DNA of 64,000 nt from Longimicrobiales bacterium (GTDB taxonomy: Bacteria > Gemmatimonadota > Gemmatimonadetes > Longimicrobiales > Gaopeijiaceae): the NCBI GenBank assembly GCA_965202805.1, contig OZ241869.1, positions 3,520,001 through 3,584,000 on the forward strand, in the 5' to 3' direction. Each line of letters opens with the position of its first letter. The first letter of the stretch is position 1. The translations under genes were made by a program, and so were the position numbers. The notes beneath the pieces are model-generated. The model did no database searches and was not told the origin of the DNA. It worked only from the letters and a program-made list of their open reading frames with translations. Positions 27,515-37,168 of the stretch are shown here, one piece after another.

Positions 27515-28837
27515 ATGACGAGGAATAACAGACGACTGACTGTTGCGACGCTCGCGCTGACGGTGTTCGCGAGTTCATGCGAAGTGACCAACCCCGGTCC
27601 CGTGCAGGACAAGTTCCTGGACGAGGAGACCTCGCACGCAGGACTGGTTCGTGGCGCGGAGCGGATGGTGCTGGAGACCGCCAACTTCGTGTTCTACACG
27701 ACCGCCATCATCACCCGGGTGCTCTTCCCGGGCGGCGACACCAACTCCCACGACCCGACGGTCCAGGGCGGATCGCTGCCCGACAACGAGGTGAACGCGG
27801 ACTGGGCCAACGTGCAGCAGGCGCTCTTCATCGCCGAGAGCGCGCTTGAGAGAGGAGTGACAGGCGAGAACCTGGCCCAGGCGCACATCTGGGCCGGCTA
27901 TACCTACCGGATTCTGGGCGAGAACTGGTGCGAGTGGCTCAAGCTCTCCGGCTCGCCGCAACCTCCGAGCGCGGCGCTCGACAACGCCGAGCAGCATTTT
28001 ACGAGCGCGCTCGGCGCGGCGGCCAATTCCACGCAGAGCAACGCGGCCTACGCGGGTCGGGCTCAGGTGCGAGTGGCGAAGGGCGACTGGGGAGGTGCAC
28101 TCAGCGACGCCGCCCAGGTGCCTCCCGGCTTCGTGTTCGCAGTGCAACCGGATCCGAATTTCTTCAACACGCGCAGCAGGGTCGGTTGGGCCAATGCCGA
28201 CGAGCCCTACCGGCAGTTCACGCTCCTGTTCACCTTCTTCGGCGAGCAGGCGGTGCCCAACATCCGCTCGCTGCTGCCACTGGAGGCCAGCGACCTGCCG
28301 GTGACCGTCCCCGGCACCGGCTACTACGCGGAATCCGGAGATCCCCGGGTGGCGTGGCACATCATCCCCGACCAGCCCTTCGCCAACGCGTCGCTGCAGG
28401 GCTTCGGGCAGGTGCCCTGGAGCAACTTCACGTGGCTGACCGACTCCACGCCGATCCATCTCGGCACCGGGACCGAGATGCTTCTGTACAGGGCCGAGGG
28501 AATGCTCCGCGACGGCAACTACGCGGGGGGCATGGAACTCATCAACGAGGTGCGCTCCATGTACATCAGCGATCACACCGGGGAGCCGCTGGCGCCCTGG
28601 GACGCCATGAGCCTGGAAGCGGCGTGGACGGCCCTGAAGACCGAGCGCATGATCGAGGGTCTGCTCGAAGGCCGGCGCCTCGTGGACCTCCGTCGCTGGG
28701 CGGCGGACGGTACGCCGGGCGTGGCGCCCTATCCCCGCTGGGAAGAGCTGACTCCGCTGTTCGGCGAAGAGCCGATGGCGACCTGCTTCCCCATTTCGGA
28801 GAACGAGAGGCAGCGGAACCCCAACCTGGGCGGCTGA
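27515..28837 (+). CDS. SusD/RagB-like lipoprotein
   Basis: Lipobox ASSC followed by EVTNPGP; ERMIEGLLEGRRLVDLRRW; FPISENERQRNPNL. Confidence 0.85.
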   Translation: MTRNNRRLTVATLALTVFASSCEVTNPGPVQDKFLDEETSHAGLVRGAERMVLETANFVFYTTAIITRVLFPGGDTNSHDPTVQGGSLPDNEVNADWANVQQALFIAESALERGVTGENLAQAHIWAGYTYRILGENWCEWLKLSGSPQPPSAALDNAEQHFTSALGAAANSTQSNAAYAGRAQVRVAKGDWGGALSDAAQVPPGFVFAVQPDPNFFNTRSRVGWANADEPYRQFTLLFTFFGEQAVPNIRSLLPLEASDLPVTVPGTGYYAESGDPRVAWHIIPDQPFANASLQGFGQVPWSNFTWLTDSTPIHLGTGTEMLLYRAEGMLRDGNYAGGMELINEVRSMYISDHTGEPLAPWDAMSLEAAWTALKTERMIEGLLEGRRLVDLRRWAADGTPGVAPYPRWEELTPLFGEEPMATCFPISENERQRNPNLGG

Positions 28838-28886
28838 GCGAAGGGAAGGGGTCCGCAGGCGGACTTGTGACAGGTTGAAAAAGGCA

Positions 28887-28918
28887 GCTCCGGCCACCGC
28901 GCGAAGGTGGCCGGAGCC
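28887..28918. terminator. GC-rich hairpin after susD
   Basis: GCTCCGGCCACC-GCGCGAA-GGTGGCCGGAGC. Confidence 0.5.
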
Positions 28919-28976
28919 CGCCCGTTCGTTATTATACAGGGTTGGGCGCGACTGACTCCCTCTGGAGGGCTGGGCG

Positions 28977-30401
28977 ATGAACTTCATCACGGGCAAGCAC
29001 ATACCGAGGCGGACATTCCTGCGCGGGGCCGCCGGCGTGGCAGTGGGACTGCCGCTTCTGGATGCCATGATCCCGGCGGGCGGCCGCTGGAGGGAGGTGA
29101 AGGCGGCCGTCGACAAGACGCGCCTGGTCGGCATCGAGATGGTGCACGGGGCGGCGGGCTCCAACGACTGGGGCGCGACCCAGCACCTGTGGTCGCCGGC
29201 GCAGATCGGCCGGAACTTCGATCTGAGCACCAGCGCCCTGAGTTCGCTCGAGCCCTACCGCGACTACCTCACCATCGTGTCCAACACGGACTGCCAGATG
29301 GCGGAGGCGTTCCAGCCCAAGGAGATCGGTGGCGACCACTTCCGCACCAGCGCCGTCTACCTCACGCAGGCGCACCCGCGGCAGACCGAGGGCTCGGACG
29401 TGTACATCGGCACGTCGATGGACCAGTTGTACGCCCAGCGTTTCGGTCAGGACACGCCCATTCCGTCGATGCAGCTCTGCATCGAGAACGTGGATCAGTC
29501 CGGCGGATGCGCGTACGGCTACACCTGCGTGTACACCGACTCGATCAGCTGGGCCTCCCCCACCGAGCCGCTTCCCGTCATCCGTGACCCGCGCGTGGCC
29601 TTCGACCAGCTCTTCGGAGCGGGCGGCACCCCGGAGGAGCGCGTGGCGCGCCGGCGTGAGAACCGGAGCATCCTGGACTGGGTGGCCGCACGGGCCGCCC
29701 GCCTCAAGACGGAACTGGGGCTCGAAGACCGGGCGCGGCTCGACCGCTACATGGAGAACATCCGCGAACTGGAGCGGCGCATCGAGATGACCGAGGCGCA
29801 GAACCGGAGCGGCGAGGCGCGGGAACTGCCCGAAGCCCCGGCCGGGGTGCCGGATTCCTTCCGCGAGCACGTCGAGCAGATGTGGGACGTGCAGGCGCTC
29901 GCTTTCCAGTCCGACATGACGAGGGTCTTCTCGTTCAAGATGGGGCGCGACTCCTCCGCGCGGGTCTTCCCCGAGAGCGGCACCGACAAGCCGTTCCATC
30001 CGGCCTCGCACCACGGAGGCAACCCGGAGGCGGTTTCGGAGTTCAACCTGATCAACCGCTACCACGTGAGCACGCTTCCCTACTTCCTGGAGAAGCTGAA
30101 GGGCATCGAGGAGGGCGACTCGAACCTGCTCGACAAGAGCATGATCCTCTACGGATCGGCGATGGGCGACCCCAACCTGCACAACCACAAGCGGGTGCCC
30201 TTCATCGTGCTCGGCGGAGCCAACGGGCAACTGGAGGGTGGCCTGCACCTGAAGGCGCCGGACGGAACCCCGCTGGCCAACGCGATGCTCACGCTGCTGC
30301 ACTCCCTGGGGCTCGACGACATGGACGGCTTCGGCAACAGCACCGGCGAGTTCGCGCTGTCCATGCCGACCACGGTGGCGGAGCAGGCCAGCAGCAGCTG
30401 A
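28977..30401 (+). CDS. DUF1552 domain protein
   Basis: IPRRTFLRG...VGLPLLDAM; CAYGYTCVYTDSISW; FHPASHH; LYGSAMGDPNLHNH. Confidence 0.85.
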   Translation: MNFITGKHIPRRTFLRGAAGVAVGLPLLDAMIPAGGRWREVKAAVDKTRLVGIEMVHGAAGSNDWGATQHLWSPAQIGRNFDLSTSALSSLEPYRDYLTIVSNTDCQMAEAFQPKEIGGDHFRTSAVYLTQAHPRQTEGSDVYIGTSMDQLYAQRFGQDTPIPSMQLCIENVDQSGGCAYGYTCVYTDSISWASPTEPLPVIRDPRVAFDQLFGAGGTPEERVARRRENRSILDWVAARAARLKTELGLEDRARLDRYMENIRELERRIEMTEAQNRSGEARELPEAPAGVPDSFREHVEQMWDVQALAFQSDMTRVFSFKMGRDSSARVFPESGTDKPFHPASHHGGNPEAVSEFNLINRYHVSTLPYFLEKLKGIEEGDSNLLDKSMILYGSAMGDPNLHNHKRVPFIVLGGANGQLEGGLHLKAPDGTPLANAMLTLLHSLGLDDMDGFGNSTGEFALSMPTTVAEQASSS

Positions 30402-30457
30402 CGAACGGATCGACCCCTCGCCAAGGGGGGCCGTCCACGAAAACTGCCGGAGGCGAG

Positions 30458-32299
30458 ATGAAGGACGTAAGAGGAAGCGTGCGCCCCCGCCTTGACGTGA
30501 TTGCGGCGCTGCTGATGGTGTTGGTCGCGACCGCCGCGACTCCCCCGGACTCCCCGGTTGCCGATGCGGCCATGCGCGGCGATCTGGACGAGGTGAGGGA
30601 GCTGCTGAGGAGCGGCGCGGACGTGAACGCTCCACAGAGCGATGGCCTCACCGGCCTGCACTGGGCCGCCGACAACGGCGATGCCGCGCTGGCCGGCGTG
30701 CTGATCTACGCGGGCGCCAACCTGGCTCCGCTGACCCGCAACGACGCGTACACCCCGATGCACATGGCGGCGCGCGGCGGGCACGCCGAAGTGATCGCGT
30801 TGCTGCTGAAAGCGGGCGCCGATCCGGCGGTGGCGACCTCGCGCACGGGGGTGACCCCGATGCACCTCGCGGCCAAGGCCGGCAGCGGAGAGGCGCTCCG
30901 GGCGCTGGCTGCCGGGGGAGCGGAGGTGGACGCCCGCGACCACCAGTGGGGGCAGACGCCGCTGATCTTCGCGGCCGGGTTCAACCGGCTGGTGGCGGTC
31001 AACGCCCTGATCGAGCTGGGCGCGGATGTTTCGCTGACCGAGAACGTGCTCCACATGCCTACCCGCTACGCCGTGGACAGGGCGGCCAGGGCGGCGCGCA
31101 ACGAGGTGCTGGAGTCCTTCCGGGCGCAGTCCGACAACCCGGACCTCTGGGCTCCCACGCCGCAACAGGTGCAGGCTGCCTCGGAGGCCGCGTGGCGTGT
31201 GCAGGCCCTCTCCGTGGAAGAGATCGTCGGCAAGGCCACCGAGCAGCAGATGACCGAGAACCAGCTCGCCCTGCTCGAGACCAACGCGCTCTCGTACCAC
31301 GAGATGGTGGGCAACCAGGGCGGGCTCACCGCGCTGCTGCACGCCAGCCGCGACGGCTATCGCGACGTGGTGCGCGCCCTGCTCGATGCGGGCGCCGACG
31401 TCAACCAGGTGAGCGCGGGCGAAAGGAACAGCCCGCTCCTGATCGCGGCCATCAACGGGCACTTCGACCTGATGCTCGAGCTGCTCGAGCGCGGCGCCGA
31501 CCCCAGGCTGGCCGACCTCTCCGGGGCGACCCCGCTCTTCGCCGTCATCAACACCCAGTACGCGCCCAAGACGCGCTATCCCCAGCAGCAGGCCTTCAAG
31601 CAGCAGGAAGCCACCCACCTGGAAGTGATGGAGGCGCTGCTCGACGCGGGCGCCGATCCCAACGTGCAACTGGACCGGCACCTCTGGTACCTGGAGTACA
31701 ACTTCGCCCAGCTGAGCGTGAACATGTGGGGGGCGACCCCCTTCTGGCGGGCGGCGCACGGCACCGACGAGAAAGCGATGCGGCTGCTGCTTGTGTACGG
31801 CGCCGATCCCACCATCCCCACCCGCAGGCCCCCCGCGCGCAGGCGCGGACGCTACGGGGGCGGGGGCGGCGACCGGGTCGACCCGTCGGGCCTCCCACCG
31901 GTGCCCACCGGCGGGTCGGGCGTGTTCCCCATCCACGCGGCCTCCGGCGTGGGGTACAGCGGCGGCGACGGGGCGGGGCGCGCGGGCGTGTCGCACATCC
32001 ACGTCCCCAACGGCTGGATGCCGTCGGTGAAGCTGCTGGTCGAGGAACTCGGCGCCGACGTGAACGCGCGCGACCACAACGGCTACACCCCGCTGCACTT
32101 CGCGGCTGCGCGCGGCGACAACGAGCTCATTCTCTACCTGGTGGAGAAGGGCGCCGACGTGATGGTGGTGAGCCGCCGCGGCCAGACCGTGGTCGACATG
32201 GCCAACGGCCCGGTGCAGCGAATCCAGCCCTTCCCGGAGACCATCGCGCTGCTCGAGGGCATGGGCGCCATCAACAACCACAACTGCGTTTCCTGCTGA
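30458..32299 (+). CDS. Secreted ankyrin-repeat protein
   Basis: Signal peptide; many G-x-T-P/A-L-H-x-A-A...GADVN repeats; terminal CVSC. Confidence 0.9.
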   Translation: MKDVRGSVRPRLDVIAALLMVLVATAATPPDSPVADAAMRGDLDEVRELLRSGADVNAPQSDGLTGLHWAADNGDAALAGVLIYAGANLAPLTRNDAYTPMHMAARGGHAEVIALLLKAGADPAVATSRTGVTPMHLAAKAGSGEALRALAAGGAEVDARDHQWGQTPLIFAAGFNRLVAVNALIELGADVSLTENVLHMPTRYAVDRAARAARNEVLESFRAQSDNPDLWAPTPQQVQAASEAAWRVQALSVEEIVGKATEQQMTENQLALLETNALSYHEMVGNQGGLTALLHASRDGYRDVVRALLDAGADVNQVSAGERNSPLLIAAINGHFDLMLELLERGADPRLADLSGATPLFAVINTQYAPKTRYPQQQAFKQQEATHLEVMEALLDAGADPNVQLDRHLWYLEYNFAQLSVNMWGATPFWRAAHGTDEKAMRLLLVYGADPTIPTRRPPARRRGRYGGGGGDRVDPSGLPPVPTGGSGVFPIHAASGVGYSGGDGAGRAGVSHIHVPNGWMPSVKLLVEELGADVNARDHNGYTPLHFAAARGDNELILYLVEKGADVMVVSRRGQTVVDMANGPVQRIQPFPETIALLEGMGAINNHNCVSC

Positions 32300-32362
32300 C
32301 CGGAGCCGGGGCTATCGTCGGTAAACGCGTCTGAAGGAACGTGGCTCACCTCCCGAGTTCTT

Positions 32363-32391
32363 GAAAACTCGGATGCGCACTCCGAGTTTTC
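32363..32391. promoter_or_regulatory. Perfect 11-bp inverted repeat, probable operator
   Basis: GAAAACTCGGA-TGCGCAC-TCCGAGTTTTC, 16 nt upstream of the ATPase start. Confidence 0.5.
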
Positions 32392-32407
32392 TCGTTAGTT
32401 TGGGGCC

Positions 32408-33562
32408 ATGCTTGCACGCCCCGACTATCTCCGGCGGCTGGAGGTCTCGACCGCGCGCGCTCCCGTCACAGCCCTGCTTGGGCCGCGACAGTGCGGCAAG
32501 ACCACGCTCGCACGGCAGTTCGCTGCCGGGCGGAAGGCCACCCGCTTCGACTTGGAGTCGGAACCGGATGTCCGCCGGCTGGCCAATCCCGAGCTCGTTC
32601 TCGGATCCCTGGATGGACTGGTGGTGCTGGACGAGGTGCAGCGGATGCCGAAGCTCTTCTCGGCCCTCCGGGTGCTGGTGGACCGGCCGGGCTCACGGAC
32701 GCGGTTTCTCATCCTGGGCAGCGCGGCGCCGGATCTGGTGCGCGGCGTCTCGGAATCGCTGGCCGGACGGGTGGAACTCATCGAGATGAGCGGCTTCGGC
32801 CTGGATGAGACCGGTATGCCGCAGTGGCGCGATCTCTGGATGCGCGGAGGCTTTCCCCGCTCCTATCTGGCAGCGTCGGACGACGACAGCCGGGCTTGGC
32901 GGGATTCGTTCGTAAGCACGTTCCTGGAACGGGACGTGCCCCAGCTCGGGATCTCCATTCCCGCTGCGGCAATGCGGCGTTTCTGGACCATGCTGGCGCA
33001 TTCGCACGGCCAGACATGGAACGCATCCAACCTGGGACGCGCGCTGTCGCTGTCCGACAAGACGGTGCGTCGCTACCTGGATCTGCTTACCGGCACCTTC
33101 ATGGTCCGGCAACTGCAGCCGTGGTTTCACAACATCGCCAAACGCCAGATCAAGGCACCCAAGGTCTACGTGCGCGACACGGGCCTGCTGCATACCCTGC
33201 TGGGGATCCCGCACGATGCGGCGCTGCTCTCGCATCCGCGTGTGGGAGCTTCTTGGGAGGGGTTCGTGATCGAGCAACTGCTGCGCGTCCTGCGTCCGGC
33301 GGATGCCTGGTTCTGGGCCGCGCACGGGGGCGGAGAGCTGGATCTGCTGGCTACCGTCGAGGGTCGATGGACGGGATTCGAGATCAAGTTCAGCGAGTCC
33401 CCATCTGTTCCGCGCAGGACTCGCGCCTCGGCGGATGCGCTGGAAGTGGATCACCTGTTCGTAATGTGCCCCGCGCCGCAATCCTATCCGGTCAGCGAGC
33501 GGATCACGGTGGTCCCGCTCTGGGAGATCGGGACGCTTCGCGAGCGGATAGCGGGAGGTTAG
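32408..33562 (+). CDS. AAA_14 ATPase with DUF4143 domain
   Basis: Walker A GPRQCGKTT; Walker B VLDEVQ; RGGFP; KAPKVYVRDTG; ELDL...FEIK. Confidence 0.88.
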   Translation: MLARPDYLRRLEVSTARAPVTALLGPRQCGKTTLARQFAAGRKATRFDLESEPDVRRLANPELVLGSLDGLVVLDEVQRMPKLFSALRVLVDRPGSRTRFLILGSAAPDLVRGVSESLAGRVELIEMSGFGLDETGMPQWRDLWMRGGFPRSYLAASDDDSRAWRDSFVSTFLERDVPQLGISIPAAAMRRFWTMLAHSHGQTWNASNLGRALSLSDKTVRRYLDLLTGTFMVRQLQPWFHNIAKRQIKAPKVYVRDTGLLHTLLGIPHDAALLSHPRVGASWEGFVIEQLLRVLRPADAWFWAAHGGGELDLLATVEGRWTGFEIKFSESPSVPRRTRASADALEVDHLFVMCPAPQSYPVSERITVVPLWEIGTLRERIAGG

Positions 33563-33628
33563 AAGCGGGAGAGGAGTCGATGGCCAGGGCCGGCCGCTCG
33601 ACAGATCGGGTGCTCCTGACAGTGCGGA

Positions 33629-36600
33629 TCACCCTCCTCCCCTCCTGAGCCACGCATCCACCGGCAGGTCGTCGGTGGTCTGGGCGTCCTCGTCCACCCA
33701 GTAGTAGGGCCCGAAGGGGCGGGTCTCGGGCCACACTTCGTCGAGGCTATCGGCCTCGTACAGCACGCCGTGCTGCATCACGTACTCGATGTCCATGGTG
33801 TTGCGGATGTCTTCCAGGGGACTGGAGCGCAGCACCAGCAGGTCCGCGAGCTTGCCGGCCTCCAGTGAGCCGATATCCTGTTCGGCGCCCAGGAAATATG
33901 CTCCGCCGTACGACGCAAGGTGCAGAGCCCCGAGGGGACCCAGCCCGGAGGCGGCCATCCAGATCTCCCAGTGCATGCTGGTGCCGTGGTGCTCGCCGTG
34001 TCCGCCGAGCGCGCCGGCTCCGCCCGCCGTCACGATGTCGGCCAGCCCCTGGGCGATGAGCGGGTAGCTGTAGTCGGTCTCCGGGCGCAGCATCCGTCGG
34101 CGCAGGAAGGCGGTCATGCGCCAGGGCATCCAGCGGCGCTGCTTCTCATGCAGCCAGACATCCGATTCCGCGTACCAGTATTCGATATTCGCCGCGGTGG
34201 GGCTGTCGAACATGAAGGGGTTCGAGTAGACGGTTCCCGCCTGCGCGAAGAACTGCACGGCATCCGAGTAGAGAGGAACGACGCTTATCGGATGCTCCCA
34301 GCCGGTGTAGCCGTCCATCGCCTGGCCCAGGTTGTACTCCAGCTCGTAGCCTTCGGCGGTGAGGTTGAGGTTCCTGGAGCGGGCAACGTCGGCGATCCAC
34401 TGACGCCGGTCGCGAAGCGGGTGGGAGTGCTGCTTGAGCGAGACAGCGCCCCATGACTGGAGGCGATCGATGGCGTTTTCGGTGGCCGCGTAGTCGCCGA
34501 GCTCTTCGTAGGGAAGGGGATCACCCGTCGTAAAGCTGCGCGGGCCGATCATGCGCCCGGCGCGGATGAGTTCGGCGGTGGGGAAGGTGTTCTGGTGCCA
34601 GAGGGAGTTGTCGAGCCGCGTGGTTACGCCGTAGGCGAGGTAGATGCCCGCCTCGTAGTCGCGCAGAGGCCGATGGCCCCGGTGCTCGCGATTGCTGTGC
34701 GAATGCATGTCGACGAACCCGGGCACGATGGTGCGGCCGGATGCGTCGATGACGCGGTCGGCGCTCTCCGTGTCGCATTCCCCGACGCATACGATGCGGC
34801 GCCCGTCCACCACCACTGTGCCGCGCTCCAGCACCTCGTCCTGATCGACCCCCGCGAGCGTGACCAGGCGCGCATTGGTGAGCGCGACCCGCCCGGCAAC
34901 CTCACGGCGCGGTACCTCCAGCCGGATGTCGAAGGTGTCGGCGCGCTGGGCGTCCACGTCGTGCCGGTAGTAGCGCGCGGCACTCCCGAACTCGACCGTG
35001 GACGCATCGCGCCAGCGCACGAACAGGCCCCCGGTGTGGCTTAGGCGCTCGATGGGGAGGGAACTGTCGCGGCGGTTGAGCGCCACCGGGCCGCCGGCGC
35101 CTTCGGCGGGCGCGAGCGGGGCCACCCAGATGTCGTTGGCCTCCTGGAAGGCCAGCCAGCGGCCGTCCGGCGAGGGCGCGACCTCCTCGGCGGACTCGAG
35201 AACCATGTGGACCCTGCGGTCCCCGCCGTCCCTGGCGACCGAGGCGACCTCGACCCCCGCGTTCGTGATCTCCGGATAGAAGATACGCCCGTCCGGCCCC
35301 CACGACGGGGCCACGATCGCCGTCCGCTGCACCCGCTCGGGACCGCTGCCGGTGGGAAGCGCGACCCGCACCACGCGTACCCCCTCCCCCCCGTCGGCCG
35401 GGAAGCGCTGCAGGTCCCACCACGGGTTGTGCGTGACCGTGCGCCCGCGCAGGGTGGCCCCCGACCCGCGGGCGACCACGATCTCGCTCCCGTCCGCGCT
35501 CCACGCGGGGTGCACGTACTCCCCGCGCCGTGCACTCACCTGCACGGGATCGCCGCCACCCGCGCGCACCTTCCAGAGGTGACCGCCCCCGGTGTCGTCG
35601 AGCGTCGTGAAGGCGATCCACTCCCCGTCCGGCGACCAGGCCGGCCCGAACTCCTGCACCGGAGCGAAGTCCTCCGGCGTGGCCCGGCGCGGGGTGCCCG
35701 AGGGCAGCTCGGCCACCCATATCCGGCCGATGGCCTGGAAGGCCACGGTGGCAGCATCCGGCGAGGCGGTGTGCCAGCGCAGGAACTCCGCCTCGAAGGG
35801 TCCGTCCTCGATGCGGAACCGGAGCCTGGCGCGCTCCGAGATGGTGCGCCGGACCCGCGCCTCGAACGGAACCCGGCGCACGTCGCCGGACGCCACGTCC
35901 ACCAGCCCGATGGCCCCGCCCCCGGAGATCACGATTGTGCCCCCGTCCGCGGACCAGGCATACCCGGGCAGGACGCGCAGGCTCTTGTCGCCGCTCTCCA
36001 TCGCGATGTTGATCGGGTCGACCAGCTTGCGCTCCGCCCCGGTCTCGAGGTCGAACAGCCACAGCGCGGTGCGGGGGCCGAAGCGGTGGCCCTTGAACGA
36101 CACGGTTGCCGCCGGCAGGTGGCGGGCAAAGGCGAGCCGGCGCCCGTCCGGAGAGGCTTCCGGGGCGAACGCGCCGCCGCTCGAGCGCCGTCCGGACGCG
36201 GTGCTGAAGGAGGTCCCGCTGGTTAGGTCGATGGTGTGCCCGGTCCGCATGTCGAACCGGCGGATCTGGTAGGCGCCGTCGAGGGCGTCGCGGTCCCGGC
36301 CCCCCTCGACGTCGTGGTAGTAGAGGTAGCGCCCGTCCGGGGACACCGACGGCCAGTGCGCCCCCCCGTCGTCCACCAACCGCGCCCCCTCGCCTCCGTC
36401 CCTGTGGTGCATCCACAGCCCCAGGCCGTTTTCCCCCACCCCGCCGCGCCCGATCGGGTCGCGCCGCACCACGATGAACTCGCCGTCGGGTGTCCACGCC
36501 GGGGTGACCGCGCGCGAGTTCAGGTCGTGGAAGACCGGCCGCGCGTTCCCTCCGTTCGCGTCCATGACCCACAGGTTGTCCTGTCCCGCGCGGTCCGAGA

Positions 36601-36973
36601 TGAAGGCGATGCTCGCCCCGTCCGGCGAGATGCGCGGGTGGTAGTTGACCGCTACCCCGCTCTCCTGGGTGAGCGACTCCGCCGCCCCGCCCTCCGCCGG
36701 CACCCGGTAGATGTGACCCAGCAGGTCGAACACGACCCAGGAGCCGTCGGGTGCAAGGTCGACCGACATGCGCGTGCCTTCGGTAGTGGTGAAATCGATC
36801 TCGCGGGTCTGGCCGCGGGGCAGGCGCACGTCCCAGCCGTCCTGCGCGGATGCGGGGCGAGCCGAAGCCGCGAGTGAGAAAGCCAGGAGACCGGAAGCCG
36901 CCATCACGGCGGCGCGGAAGCGTGGCAGCCAGAGGTGTCGATGCCGCAGGGGCAGGGTGGTCGTGACGCGCAT
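33629..36973 (-). CDS. Secreted TolB/PD40 beta-propeller fused to amidohydrolase domain
   Basis: Signal peptide; repeated PxxSPDG motifs; PGFVDMHSH; IGSLEAGKLADL. Confidence 0.85.
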   Translation of the reverse strand: MRVTTTLPLRHRHLWLPRFRAAVMAASGLLAFSLAASARPASAQDGWDVRLPRGQTREIDFTTTEGTRMSVDLAPDGSWVVFDLLGHIYRVPAEGGAAESLTQESGVAVNYHPRISPDGASIAFISDRAGQDNLWVMDANGGNARPVFHDLNSRAVTPAWTPDGEFIVVRRDPIGRGGVGENGLGLWMHHRDGGEGARLVDDGGAHWPSVSPDGRYLYYHDVEGGRDRDALDGAYQIRRFDMRTGHTIDLTSGTSFSTASGRRSSGGAFAPEASPDGRRLAFARHLPAATVSFKGHRFGPRTALWLFDLETGAERKLVDPINIAMESGDKSLRVLPGYAWSADGGTIVISGGGAIGLVDVASGDVRRVPFEARVRRTISERARLRFRIEDGPFEAEFLRWHTASPDAATVAFQAIGRIWVAELPSGTPRRATPEDFAPVQEFGPAWSPDGEWIAFTTLDDTGGGHLWKVRAGGGDPVQVSARRGEYVHPAWSADGSEIVVARGSGATLRGRTVTHNPWWDLQRFPADGGEGVRVVRVALPTGSGPERVQRTAIVAPSWGPDGRIFYPEITNAGVEVASVARDGGDRRVHMVLESAEEVAPSPDGRWLAFQEANDIWVAPLAPAEGAGGPVALNRRDSSLPIERLSHTGGLFVRWRDASTVEFGSAARYYRHDVDAQRADTFDIRLEVPRREVAGRVALTNARLVTLAGVDQDEVLERGTVVVDGRRIVCVGECDTESADRVIDASGRTIVPGFVDMHSHSNREHRGHRPLRDYEAGIYLAYGVTTRLDNSLWHQNTFPTAELIRAGRMIGPRSFTTGDPLPYEELGDYAATENAIDRLQSWGAVSLKQHSHPLRDRRQWIADVARSRNLNLTAEGYELEYNLGQAMDGYTGWEHPISVVPLYSDAVQFFAQAGTVYSNPFMFDSPTAANIEYWYAESDVWLHEKQRRWMPWRMTAFLRRRMLRPETDYSYPLIAQGLADIVTAGGAGALGGHGEHHGTSMHWEIWMAASGLGPLGALHLASYGGAYFLGAEQDIGSLEAGKLADLLVLRSSPLEDIRNTMDIEYVMQHGVLYEADSLDEVWPETRPFGPYYWVDEDAQTTDDLPVDAWLRRGGG

Positions 36974-37168
36974 CGGAGACCTCCGGAACCAGGAGTGGGT
37001 AGACAATCGCCCAGACGTCGATAGTGCCGCTCCGCGTGACCCGCGCGCAACCGGAATCACGCTTGACAGGGCCCCCTCTTCCCCCGCTATTGAAGCTTGT
37101 GCTGGTGCGTCCGATTTCGCGCCGGCGCCGCGCATGACTCGATGCGGTTTCCATCGACGGGAGGCACG

